From NCBI GenBank assembly GCA_963924565.1, contig OZ004608.1, forward strand, positions 15,314,001 through 15,378,000: a DNA stretch of 64,000 bases. The letters are read 5' to 3'. The notes below the pieces were generated by a model. The model was not told where the DNA came from. It was given only the letters and a program-made list of their open reading frames with translations, and did no database searches. Origin of the DNA: Ascidiella aspersa. Its lineage: Eukaryota. The position numbers and the translations under genes were made by a program. Numbering within the stretch: position 1 is the first letter of the stretch; every line of letters starts with the position of its first letter. Shown here piece by piece: positions 51,701-64,000 of this stretch.

Positions 51701-54700
51701 AATTGGGTTGCGTAAATTCTTCAGTTTAAAGAAATGAAGACGTCGCCAAGGTTAAGTATGAGAATTGTTTGCTTTAGTTTTTTATAAAATTATAATTGCT
51801 GTCAAATAATAGTCTTAACTAGGTGGTTTTAATAGTTCTTTAAACGCAAGTGAATTACATGGTTAAGTATTCGTCTGTATACTTAACAACTATGATTACC
51901 AAGCTAAAGAAAACACTAGAAAAATATTTATTTTACCGCCACGATGCCACAGTCGAGGATGCACCAAAACGTCGTAAAATATTTAAAGATGCCGATTCCA
52001 GCCCATTTGAGAAGCATTTCCATAGTGAAGAGAATCGTGAAAACGTATTCCAACTTCTGCAGGATGTCCTTGCGCAAAGGATCCTGATCGAGATGGATGT
52101 CCTCCAACGTCTGAACAGAAATCAAATTCGTTTAACGGTGAACATTGTGATAGATTGTAAAATAGTCATTGAAGTAACGCAGAAGTGCGATTATAGCTAC
52201 TCTCATCAAAGGGTTAAACTGCCGTGGTTCGACTAAAAACTTTTTGTTTGCTTGTTGCGTACAGTTTCCTATTCTACGAACAAGTTGATCCCATTAGAAT
52301 TGCACTCGTTTCAAATGATACATTATATAACCAAATCTAGGATAAAAATACGTAAGTGTTCTATTATTGCGGCTGTCATGACGTATATGATTTCCAAGCA
52401 TTATCAAATTAACCTTAAATCTAAAGTCGGTGCTAGTGGAGAAATCAGGATTTTGTTGTTTACGTTGTGCTTTGAACAAACTTTACTAAATTTGAGCTAT
52501 AGTTGTTTTCTTTGAAACAGGGTGTTGCGCAACGACAGAAAAAGTACTATTTGATTCGCCAGAAGGGTGGGAAAAACTATAGTCTACAATAATTCGAAAA
52601 TCTGGCAATATTATCGGATTGTATGGGACGATCATGGAGGCCACCGTTACAGATCGGCGCCAAAATATATGAGTCTTTCTAATGAGTGACTTGCCAAACA
52701 AACAGTGCTGGCCAGAATAAGCAGGAGGATGAACCACTCGAAGAACTGATGTTCGACCAGACGAAAGCAGGCCTTTCGAAACGCGTGCCAGTTCTTTTCG
52801 TGGGCGGACGATGGAGGTTCTTTCAGGCTTGGGTACCTTAAGATAAAATTTTGTATCGTTTACTGCAAGTTAGTTGCTCTTTAGGTCACAATATAAACAA
52901 ATTTAACTCTTGTTCTAAAAGACTTTCACAACAATTTGATTATTTTTGGAATCGTGGAACATCCATAAGAAGGGTAACACCATGAACGTCAAAACTGACG
53001 TGATGCTTTCTGCAAGCTACAAGCACCTGCTGAAGGACTAGAGGCAGTCGCTAATTATTTTCTTATCGTTTCGTTGCTTGCGTTTATTTCTGCTTTTTTC
53101 CTTTTTTGCTTTCCATTTATTGTACGAGCGTTCAGTGTCATTCACCCTGACGAAGGCGGCTTATATAAGTTGCCGAAACGTTGGTTAACAATTACAATTA
53201 CCAGAGGAGCTGTTTTTGATTTATTTTACAATAACGTTTCACATTTACGTATAGCCTGAAGTAAACATAATAGAAATATATGGTATACCCATTTTCACAA
53301 AAAGTTTCGCTAATTAAATGCAGGACATTAGTGGAAACTTAAATGTTTATTTCCTTTTTGCTGTTTGAAAAATAATACCTACACGTTTCTGTCTAATTCA
53401 CAGCCTTTGTGCATTTTCTGGCGGGCGATCTGTTAAGACTCCCCCGAGATGTAGTCTTTCCCCAGTGCGCCTAAATGACACCAACGGTAGTAGATAAAAT
53501 TACTTTAAAGTAAAGGGTCATTTCTATTCCCCGTGTGGCATTTTTTAACGACGACGATGAAACACAGCGATTCTTCAAGTCTCTGTAGCGATGGAAAATG
53601 CTTGAGGTATCAGGCGATGTGTACAATTTGTCTTTTTTTGCGACATACCTGTTCAACACAAACATCGGCAAGCACGACGGCGGCTCGGTCGGCGATTTTT
53701 CCTCCTCCACAACTTCTTCGCCTTCCGCGTCCTGGCGACCCGACGAGGAAGCGGAAGAGGAAGATGAGGAGGTGGCGGCGTCCTCCGCATTATTCTCGAC
53801 GTCGCTGGAGGCCGGCTCCACCTCGCGCGCCTTGTTGCAGCTGCACAAGCAAAGCATTCGGCAGCAGCTCGAAACGGGGCTTTGTGGCGCCCGATGATCT
53901 CCACCATTGTTGTTGTCGATTTTTGCGGCCTTTGCGTCCTTCTTGTGCGTTTTGCCGACGTTGTGGTTTTCGTTTGCCGACGCCGGACAATCTTCGCTGC
54001 ATTCAGCGATCGCTTCGAAGGTGCCGCGAGCTTTGGGCTTTGGGCTCTGGGTGCTCGCTGCGTCTCCCCTGCAGCGCAATCGACACACGTTACGGCTGGC
54101 AATTGTTTTGTTTAGCTCAGTCTGTTGAAAACATTTTTTACAATAATCTGCTTTGGCTACATCTTTCGACTGTTTTACTGATTCACTGGATGAAAAGCGA
54201 AATACAGCGCAACTATAATTACGAAAGCAATTTTTTGGGGGATGGACTGGTTGGGTTTAATTACTCTTTTGTTTGGCGGTCGAGTTATCGAAATAATAAT
54301 TTTTTTGCGGACTTTTTGAAGTTGCCTCACAAATATTAAGGGGATTCAGACCATCCTTAAATAACCACTGGGTAAAAAGATGATGCGAGTAATCAAGTTT
54401 CGACTTATGCAAAATTATAATTTTGAAGAGTTAATTCATTTTCATGATCCATAAAATTTTTCCAACAAAAAATAATAAAGAGGATAATCATATTTGGGTT
54501 TTTTGGCGGCTTACAGATCTTTAGACAAAGCGATGCACGTTTTACGAATATATATATAGGTTATTATTTGAACGGTGGCACAATCTAGAGCTTCATAAAA
54601 ATACAAACACCTGTCGAAGCTGTTTTGCCGCGGCATTCCCGCCTTGCGAGTCTTGGCGTGGCCGGTTACGTTGCCCTCATTGTCACCGGCCTGTTCCAGG

Positions 54701-57700
54701 ACCTGAACAAGGTTGGACGAGCTCTTTCGTTTCGCGTTGGGCGGCTTGGCCTTGTCATTAGTGCCTAGTTCGAATATGGATTGCCTGCGGTGACTTTTCT
54801 CGTTCACAGTTGTGACCTTTAAGGTTGTGCCGCTAATGTTGTTGTTGCCCGGCGAGCCTTCGTCCTCTGCTGGAAAGTAAGAAAAAGAAGCGACTATCAG
54901 AGATTTTACCCGATCCTCCTTTGGGGGCCATAGGCTACCAAAATCGAGAGTAAGGTGTACGCGGACCATTGCAAACTCAAACAGACCAACCAACTCGTCT
55001 GTTTCATGGATTTAGTTTTAAATAAAACAACTTAATTTTCAAATTAAGAAAATATTCGTAACGGGTTCTTTGGAAAGTACCTTTTTGCGCCATGAACATG
55101 AAAGACCCCACAGATTATTACGATACAGCACTTTAGCGGAAGTTTAAAAGTTAAAGCAATAAGCCATTTTTACCTTCCACAACGAAATTTATAGTAAAAA
55201 TTAAGACTTAATAAATAATTATGTAAAAACATTTTGATAATTTAGTATTCTACTTCAAATTAGTTAAAAAAGAGAAATGAACCTGGCCGCAATGATAAGA
55301 TCCGATATTAGGATGCTGAGTACGATGTTTGAGGGACTTACCTGTGGCTTCGTTTGTGTTGTTGTCTTCCTCTGCTTTTTCCTTGTCAGTACTTTTTGAT
55401 TTTTTTATGCGTTGCTTGAACTTTTCGATGGCCTAAGATAAATGTTGGTGTTTAGTGGACACAATGTATCGCGCCTATGTAATTATCCTCTGTTCGCGAA
55501 ACCGTATTTAACGATGGTCATTTTGGTGTAAGGTGCAATACTGCGAAAATGTGAGGCGACACCACACTCAGTTATATAGTTAGTTTCGGAAAACGTTTAG
55601 TAAAAGTCAAAAACATCAGTTGGCGGCAAAAGCAAGCTAAAAGAATGTTGAGTTTTATGCTATTATTAAAAAAAAAAACTATGTTATCCAAGTTCCGAGA
55701 TAAGCGGCATACCAAGGGCACCGCAGCAGATGAAGATGGGCCCGGCGACTCTGAACGTGAGCTCTTGTTCTTCTTCTTCGTGTTTTGCAGCTCCTCAACG
55801 TTGAAGGCATCCAGCAAAATCGCGGTAAAGAGATTAAGGATCTGTGCGAGAGAAACACAGAGACTTAAGGCAATTTGCCGGGTTTCTGCAATTTTCCCGT
55901 TTTTTTTGGCATGCGCCGCACCTGAGTGACAGGCGCGCGTGTCAACGCAGGTGTCTCAACTCCTATGCATTCTCTGCGATTGTTTTAAGTAGCTTTGCAA
56001 ACCAAGAGCGACCCCGCTACCACGCACGTGACATGTTCCTGCGCCTGCCTTATTTACGTTGGTTCCAGCGAAGTAAACCGCCAGCGGTATCGATAAGCTA
56101 TAAAGTTTAATTTAAGGTGCGCAACGTGGAACGCTCATGGCGATCGATTTCTGCTTTAATTGAAGAATGTAAATGCGATGTGTAACTGACTCTTTCATTC
56201 CTTTTTATGGGTTTTCTTTTACATTTTAATTGGTTGTAGATAGGCATATTTTTACAATGCCTTGCATTGTTATGTTTATGTAACCTACAGACGGAGGTTA
56301 TAGTATTTATGTGGGTTATTTAAGGTTGAGAAACAAACTTTAATTCTAATCAATTACTAAAGCCTGATGGATCCCTTTTATGGCCAATATGGGCCCGTCA
56401 GGTGTTAAGCCATGAGTTCAAATCCCTTTTTTTGGGAGCAGCGACAGCTTGGTCAACGCCAGCTGCACTACATTCGCGTCAGGCGTTTCGTGTGCTTACC
56501 ATGAAGTTGGCGAAGAAGAGTATGGCGAGAAATAGCGGTATGCAGCGGCCGTCGTTGTCGGTGATGTACATGCAGTCGTACAGCGGCTCGATCCATTCGC
56601 CACACATGACACGCCACACGAGAAGGAACGAATGGTAAAAGTCGACGAAGTTCCACCTCGGTACCTCGTTGTCGTCGAACTTTGCCGCGCTGTTGGCGTA
56701 CTGTACGCTGTACCATTGCTTTCCTGCGCCAAGGACAAAATCCCGTTGTTAGTTGTTAGGAATTTATCTCGCCTGTATTCTAGACCAGTGCTCTGAAACC
56801 GCGGTGCGTCCCCGAGGTTAACTACCTGTATTTTTTAACGGTATTTTTAAGTGATTAGTTGACCAAAATGAAAAATATACACCAAGGCAGGCATTTTGAC
56901 CGTATACAAAAATCCAGGTGAAACTGTTTGAACTTCGCTAATATTCAACTTTTTTTAATCTATATTACGTTCAATCGTCATAAAACATATTTCGAAATAG
57001 TCTATGAATCAGTGATTCTCAAACTCTGTACGGCGGCAAACTAGTGTACCTCAAGAGATTGTCAAGTGTGTCGCGAAAGTTTTTGTAATTTCGGAAAAGA
57101 GAGTATACCAATAGGCATACAAGCAAGCATTTTAGATTTAAATACACACTATTCAATACAACCTAATGATTTTGAGACATTTACATATAGTTTGTCGTGT
57201 GTTAAGGTTGGTTGTAAAAAAGTGTTCCGCAAAAAGTTAAGATTTTTTAGTGTGCCGCGAGCCAAAAACCTTTGGCAACCACTGCTATAGATCGTTAGCA
57301 AACTCAACTACTAGGCAATTTCCCCGTCTATAAACTATATATCAAAACAGAAACTATCCACACGCTCAAAACCCACGAAATACAAATCTGTTTGTTTAGT
57401 ATTTTTGTCTTATTATATTATCGCCTCGGTTCGTAATGTATAAACTAATCTTGGGCTTGGCTCATGGTCCGACGAAAATAATTAACGAAAAAGTACAAAA
57501 TTGCCCGGTTTTATTGTTGCTTTTTTAAAACGTAGTGTCCACTGATCCACCATCGAAAGGGAGTACTAGTGATTTTGGGGAGGACCGCAAAACTGTAAAA
57601 TTATAAGATAAAGTAATGTATACGTCAATTTTGCGGTATACATATGTATATATTCTTTTTATGACATATATTTTGGGGTGTGTCGCCGACCTTTCTTAGC

Positions 57701-60700
57701 TGCGTTGTGTGCCGCAAGTAAAAAGGTTACTGAGTACTGTTCTAGACTTAATCGTCTTCGGGGTAAGCGGGATAGTTTTTTGAAGTTTTATATCGCGGTG
57801 GTTAATATTCTACCATATGCAAATTAAGAAAATTTTAAACTGTATTGCACGTTGCAAAAAACGAACCAATTAGTTTTGGACGGGTTTGGACTTACGTTTG
57901 GTCGTTTGGTTTTATACGATATAAGACAGTAGGCAATTGAGTTTCTCATTCACTCAAATTAAGTAGAAAACGGCATTACTCGTACCGACAGAGTAAGTTG
58001 TAGTGTGTCATCTATATATTTACCATTAACAACGAAAGATTCAAGATGTAAAAAGGAAGAGTTAAAACCTTATACAAATAGTCGGCACATTTTGTGTGAA
58101 AAACTCATAAACCAATCAGTTGTCGTAAAACGGTCGATTTGTGCGCTGTTAGGTTTGTTTGCGACATTTATGTTGACAAACATGACACTAATGCTTGATG
58201 GTTACATGCATAAATCACTAACTAACACGGTATTCGTGAATCCCGATTTTCGACCATGTGTTTACGCCTATGGTTGACAGCGAATCAAACTGTCGTTCAA
58301 GTTTTAGTATACCACTCAACGACAATAATAAAACTAAATTAAGGACGAAATATGTTTTAGAACCTTATTAAAGTTGAATGGTGGCCGTTTCGTATTCCCT
58401 GATTTCTGACTGTAGAATAAATAGCAATTATATAACAAGGGGTACACTTCTATTTATCGGTGATAAAATGCAAAAAAATAAATGCAATAAGTGCATTTAT
58501 AATGAAACCAGCAAGGGTGGAAACAGATATAAACGATACCAATGTGGTAATCGATGAAATTTCCAAAAAAATAAAGAAATAGTGTTTGGGGTTGTCTCTA
58601 TATGCGACCACCGTAAAACGGGAGTAAATCGTGTCCAATGGCAACTGCTAACATCTTTTAACTTCACGCGTTGTTTTTCTAACTTTCTGGAAATTGCATG
58701 CATACTAACCGATGACGGCAAAGATGTAGAGGACGAGAAAGAGAACGATGGTGAGGTAGCCGACAGCCCGGCTTGTCTTCCATATGATTTTCACAAGCTT
58801 GTGCATCGTGCCCCACAGACGGGCAAGGCGGAACACCCGAAGCTGCGAGAAATTAAGCAGGGCTAATATTAAAAAAATATTTTAAAAAAATATACAGGGT
58901 GGGCCGAAAATAGGCCTACAGCTATTTCGCAGCGTTAGCCTGGAAGAAGAGGTAACATTGAATGGCCACCACACTCACCTGACCTGACACTAATGGATTT
59001 CTTTTTGGGGGTGTTGTAAAGAACAAGGTGTATAAGAAACCCAAAACAATAAATTTACTTTTGGACCCAAACCCTACTTTTTATAACTCTAAGCCTACTT
59101 TTGGCCCACTCTGTATATATACTGTATATAGGTGTTGGTTTTGTTGCACAGCAATGCGAAAAATAGTATGAAATCCGTGTCACTGCTGTGCTTGTAAGAA
59201 AGTTCATGAATTTTAATGAAGGTTTTATAGTTTTGCAGTTTCACCTTTGTTTAAGCGCAGAGTTACCGACAAACTACGATTATCGTCAATCGTAGTTTGT
59301 CAATGTTTCCATACGACTTTGAAAGGTCATCTACATCTGTTCCAAGCAAAAGCTGGACCGAGTGACCATACGGGTGTGCTGTTGTGGGTTCGAAAATCGC
59401 CGCCTTTGTTATATCCCGTTCGGTAAAAGTTACGGGTAACCTAAGAAAGACGATGGCATCCCATTCGCAAGCGATAACCGGTAAGTTGATAGTCCGGTCA
59501 TTCTTGGGGGCTTGTATCGATGGACGCTGGCCATTGTGGCCGTATATAATAAAGCTAAGTTCCATTGTTCTTTCTGGTATTTTTAAGCCTGATTCGCTTC
59601 TGAAACAGGAACATGTTGTGTACACTCGCGAGTGACGTATTTTACGGTTTGTCATAACACTACGCTAACAAATGGTTGGCAAAACCAACAAAATCGTTGA
59701 AGTTCGTAAGCTACCGTAAACTAACCTATACTAAATAAAAAAAAAATACGGTACAAACTATAAGCTAAGAAGAAAAACGCATAACAGAGCATTCAAACGT
59801 TTGAAATTAATTGCCGCGAGGTGTTAATCAAACTAAAAATAAATATAATATCCCGATGTAATTCTTGCTTCGTTGTTTTTCATTTAGGCCAGCACAATAA
59901 AACTTGTAAGCCACACGTACAAAAAATAATAAGAAATACTGCAAATAAAAAATGGGTATAAAAATCGGCAACTCGGTAATAAGGCAAAATAAACTGATGC
60001 AAGACCTCTATTTAAACAAATTTGTTAAACACTTTAATTGTTTTAGTTTAGAAAATATTTAAGTGGTATTCAAGCCTATCGGACAGATTTTATGGATTCA
60101 AGTCGGGTTAAAATTTTCCTTCCTTGGCCTTCAAGCCGGGCAGTATAGCAGCTATATAGCTGCTGTTCTACTGACCTACTCTCATAAAATGGTGTCACAT
60201 ATTTGTGCAGAAAGACATAAATCATAAATTCATCCTCATGCCAAGGTAGAATTAGCCCCAAAGTCAAGTTTTAAGAGAAACGTAAAAACAATTTCAGTAT
60301 GCGTAATTTGCCAATTTATTTTTACTAGGTAGCGAACTTCCACCTTTTGTCAACAATTGGGCAAAATTACGTTTCATATCTAAGTAAAAAGCGCGAGTAG
60401 AATGGTGTGTTATCGCATAAAGACATATACTATCGTCTATTAGTAGCACATCTGCGAACTATAATGCTCGGCTTGAAGGCCAACGAAGGGATATTGTAAC
60501 CCGGCTTGACGGCGTCCAAAGTATTCGGATGGGCAACAGAAGTTAACCTAAAATCAATCAATAGCCGAAAAGATGTACGCGGTTGTGCAACTCACCAGAC
60601 GCAGGGTCCTAAGCATTGTCAGGTCGGCCAAGGTCGACATCGGGTCGATCAGAAACAAAGTGAACTCCACCAGACTGATCACAACGATGGCGAAGTCGAA

Positions 60701-63700
60701 AAGGTTCCAGTAGTCCTTTATGTAGGTCAGCGGGCCCAGGCCCAGAATCTTAATCGCCGCTTCCACGGCGAACACAAAGGTGAACACCTGCGATGTCGAT
60801 TTTTCATGTTATTCCATTAAAACGAGCCGAAAAACGATAACGCCTTTGTGTGTACCAAGTTTGTGTAGGGAATATTAGGCATGTTCGGCCGCCGCGTCAA
60901 TAGGAGGCCATTGGAACAAATTGTAGGTTACGTAGGCTTTGTTGCTAGGTCAGCGATCGTATTTATATTCTGTTACCGGTTCGAGTTCTTTATTAATTAC
61001 ATTTTAATGTTCCTAATATACAAATATTAAACTAGCTAGCTGCCGAAAGGTATCCCGCAGCCCAAAAATATGTGCAACCCAAATGGAGTGCAACGTTTCT
61101 CTTATCCCGTGGGAAGTTTTTTTTACGATGTGTGAATGTGGAAAAAAAGAGGTATTAATGCGAAAAAATTCAAATCCTAACGAAAACTAAAATAGTTTAC
61201 TTTAGCGTTTTTTAAATTTATTAAAACTCGCGGTGCAGTAGTGAATTCAAAACTTGCAAATTTCAAGTTATATAAATAGAATAAAATTATAAAATAATGT
61301 TTGTTAAAAATACAAAATACTGAACGAATTTGATGCCTAAGTTATAAAAAGGTTGAAAAAAATTGCAATAGACAGAAACGCAACACTTTATAGGAGAAAA
61401 AGGATAAGCGCGAAAAAGTTTCGCATGCTTTCACGGAGCCCCTGGCAAAGTCTTGCGGCTCCCAGCAGTTTGGGAACCACTGGTTTAGTTGTTATATACT
61501 TCAACGACGTTAAAGTATGTGTTTCATTTTATTATGTTTTTTAGAAGTTATCTACCATCACCTAAATAATTTTGATAAAGCTGTGACTTCAAAAGTATTT
61601 ATTTTCCGGAAAATCACGAAACGACGAAAACTTGAATAAGCCGTACTTGCGGCTAAAATACTTAAGTACTTGTTTCTTTATATCGTATTTAAAACGCACA
61701 TTTTGCCCCTTACTCGTAGAGTTCGATTCGCATCTTACGCAGTTTTGATCAAATAGGTGACTGGGTTGTACGCGCAGTTTATCTACCAGGACCGAGTTTG
61801 AAGGCGAATACAATTAAACGAGCGTTAAATCCACTCTGCGCAACTTGTGCCTTGCGCAATTCCATTGCACTGCACAGGGCGATTTTAAAGAGCCTGGTAA
61901 GTCAATTTATCGATTCAATTAACCGAATAAGGTTTGCTAATCAATGTAAGTGAGGGACGGGACTAAAATTCGTCAAACCTAAACAGTACGCGCCAGACAG
62001 TTTAACTGTAACATAAGTTTTTATCGCGTTCGAGTACCCCGCCAAAAAACCAAAGCTAATCTACGTAGGTTATAAACTTTGTCCATAACCTGTCTGGAAT
62101 AATTCTGGTGGGTACCGTTTTTCGTGCCCCGTGTGTATTTAAACCTGTATAGATTTTTGCATCTGATCGCGGTGAATGAGATGCTTTTTTGCACGTAAAA
62201 ATTAATATTAACCCAAAAACAAAATAAGAGTCATATTTCAGTAAATTTTCTGCAAGATGTCTTAGCTGTCTGATAGAGCCAATGTCTTACGTTGTTTCCG
62301 ATTCCAAGCGCGTTTTCCAGTTCTTCCGAAATGCCGTGAAAGTCAATGGCCAAGAGCACAGTGTTGATAACGATGCACAGGATAATAAAGATCTCGAACA
62401 CTTTGTGTTTGATTACCTTAAACAAACAAAGATAAGTAAGGCTTAGGACTACTACAAAAGTCGATTATACAAAACTTTTTAAACTAGGGTATATCCACAA
62501 ACTTGTGAGTTATTTAAGTACCCGAAAAGTTACAATACTGTTCTGTAGAAGTATCTATTACTTTTTTCCAGTGAATTTTAGTTTTTTTCTTCAATGCCCT
62601 TTATCTATTCAACACACACACTAGGCACATTTGTAAGAGCCTGTCGACAATCCCTTGCGTTTAATTTTTCTACAAGTTACTGAAGAAATCCGACTTTTCC
62701 AGTAACACGATAGTTAACATACATTCCACCTTATAAATGAAACATAAGCTACACCAGCCTGGATTAGGCCTTTTGGTCTTGCACACAATTTTGGGTATTT
62801 CGAGAACTATACCTCGTCGTCGATAATACTATTTCGTAATCCTGACCATGTGATATATTTACCAATATATATATACTCGTTTCTTCCACTTAACGTACCT
62901 TTTTCAGTTTCTTTTGAAACTTTTCGAACTTTGGGTGACAAGACCAAGCGCAGAATGTTGTCATGTACCATTCCTTTAACCGTTTTAATCGACCTTCCCA
63001 TTTTCCTATCTCCTTGAGATTAGCTGAAAAAGATAGGTCAGAACAAATAAAAATACCACATAAAAAGTCCAATGGCAATGTTAACGGGCAAAACTAGCTA
63101 AAACACGTTAGTCTCAATCATTTTTTTTTCAAAACTCTAGAACTGGTTGAATAACTAATTTACCACAAAAATACTCAAATCTCAAGCCAAAAGATATTTT
63201 AACGATTTATACTTTATTCGGGTGATTTTCAAACAGGGTCGAAAAAATATTGTGTGCGACGAAAGCTTATTGTATTTTTGGAAATCATTTGTACTAAAAG
63301 TGGGCATACAGGCAAGCATGGAAATCCTAAATGTACAGTATGCATTAAACCAGGGCTGCGTGGTCGGTTAAACAACCCGATTCCGAATCCTGCTAAAAAA
63401 TAAACCCGAGTCCGACTCCTGAGTACCGAGGTCGACTCCGACAAAATGTGCGTTTTTGTCGACTCCGAATCTACAGCCTGTATTTCTTTACGTAACTTAG
63501 GTAAGGTGGATATACAGCAATCCACCCATATAATTTATCCACTCATAACACATGGTTAACAAAATTTCAACCATATAGTCTATTTCACCTTTGCAATTTA
63601 CAGATCCCGGCAATATTAGGTTCGAAATTTCGGACTCGGGACTCTAGTGGTCTTACATGGTCTTACTCGAGTCCCGAGTCAGACTCCAGTACCTTGACTA

Positions 63701-64000
63701 CAGTCAAGTCGAGCCAGACATGGCGATTTTAAGCCAACGAATTGAGCCATTGCAGCCCCCTGCTTCCACAAACAAACACGACAGTAGCACGGTGACTTTC
63801 ACCGAGCTTTTAGGATCACAGGATGGAGATTTCCACGCTTAGGAGTTTTATTAAAGCCATTTTTTTTACAAATTTTCACCCCGAAGTCGATTATTACAAC
63901 CTCAAAAATTTACAGTGCACTTACACGACTCGGAGCTGTCCATGGACGCCTGCTTGCCGCTGCTCGAAAACGCACTCTTCTTATTCCGCGGCTCGCCGTT
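42701..64000 (-). CDS. Voltage-gated sodium channel alpha subunit, Nav2-type (filter ?EEA); I-II linker to C-terminus, domain I lies beyond the window
   Basis: Exons >64000-63925, 63023-62899, 62416-62291, 60787-60596, 58842-58710, 56723-56500, 55841-55713, 55432-55342, 54869-54611, 54095-53649, 52836-52695, 52110-51937, 51617-51507, 51026-50905, 50347-50206, 49373-49182, 48551-48438, 47924-47654, 47196-46990, 46278-46033, 45370-45159, 44566-44336, 43759-42701 join in frame. Three S4 segments, pore loops [15 protein letters not shown] and [18 protein letters not shown], and an IQ motif (IQDAWK). Confidence 0.96.
44968..45075. repeat. Tandem duplication, 54-bp period x2
   Basis: aagtgaatacatataagttaaacgattt(g/a)agacaaaacttccaattgtaataag repeated with one mismatch. 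Confidence 0.93.
47331..47609. mobile_element. hAT-type MITE in a Nav intron
   Basis: TIRs cagtgattcccaaact / agtttgggaatcaatg; TSD gtttagag / ttttagag. An internal ~100 bp is shared, inverted, with 57010-57284. Confidence 0.88.
52938..53224 (+). mobile_element. 5'-truncated Penelope-like retroelement in a Nav intron (antisense to host)
   Basis: Frame 52940-53041 reads [33 protein letters not shown], resembling the C-terminus of PLE GIY-YIG endonucleases (LES.I..N.MN...Y..LL). It is followed by the same UTR and hammerhead as the 40-kb copy. Confidence 0.88.
53144..53185 (+). ncRNA. Minimal type I hammerhead ribozyme (GUU triplet)
   Basis: ACC-CTGACGA-A-GGCGGCTT(atat)AAGTTGCC-GAAA-CG-TT-GGT. 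Differences from the 40-kb copy are one loop base and a U-G to U-A pair. Confidence 0.87.
56786..57739. mobile_element. hAT-type non-autonomous element hosting a nested MITE
   Basis: Ends cagtgctc / gagtactg; perfect TSD ttctagac at 56778-56785 and 57740-57747. Confidence 0.8.
57010..57284. mobile_element. hAT-type MITE nested in 56786-57739
   Basis: TIRs cagtgattctcaaa / tttggcaaccactg; TSD ctatgaat / ctatagat. Confidence 0.78.
58895..59113 (+). mobile_element. Tc1/mariner internal-deletion derivative with a transposase fragment
   Basis: TIRs cagggtgggccgaaaatagg / cctacttttggcccactctg flanked by TA. The interior encodes a frameshifted [29 protein letters not shown], the WPPxSPDL motif preceding the third catalytic Asp. 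Confidence 0.88.
63351..63480. mobile_element. Probable MITE of the GACTCC-repeat type
   Basis: Ends cagggctgcg / ctacagcctg with several ccgactcc motifs; no clear TSD. Confidence 0.5.

Noticed and set aside
53533-54339. 268-aa + strand ORF and other overlapping frames
   Set aside because: Antisense or alternative frames of the GC-rich II-III linker exon.
59263-59655. 130-aa - strand ORF inside a Nav intron
   Set aside because: No recognisable motif, and the flanking channel exons join in frame without it.

Overview
Eukaryotic, AT-rich, intron-dense animal DNA, most likely an ascidian tunicate (inferred from the Fz-domain carboxypeptidase, a Nav2-type channel, short AT-rich introns and CAGTG/CAGGG MITEs). 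I assembled six protein-coding genes by hand from splice sites and reading frames: the 3' part of NCAPG (+), RNF113A/Cwc24 (-), SDAD1 (+, head-to-head with RNF113A), a rolling stone-like membrane protein (+), carboxypeptidase Z with a Frizzled cysteine-rich domain (+), and domains II-IV plus the C-tail of a voltage-gated sodium channel alpha subunit (-). The channel filter reads ?-E-E-A (Nav2 type) and its inactivation latch is TLL instead of IFM. Introns and intergenic DNA carry at least 11 hAT-type MITEs with 8-bp target duplications, one Tc1/mariner remnant and a tRNA-like element. The most striking signal the ORF track does not explain is three minimal hammerhead ribozymes (25.85, 40.15, 53.15 kb) from two families of Penelope-like retroelements. 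Two of them share a 17-nt leader, an inverted copy of their own 3' end and short terminal direct repeats. One is a ~190-nt non-coding ribozyme hairpin, and another sits in sense orientation inside a CPZ intron. Three GC-AG introns are required to keep reading frames. One splits the zinc finger of RNF113A and competes with an out-of-frame GT donor. All calls are by eye; no searches were run.
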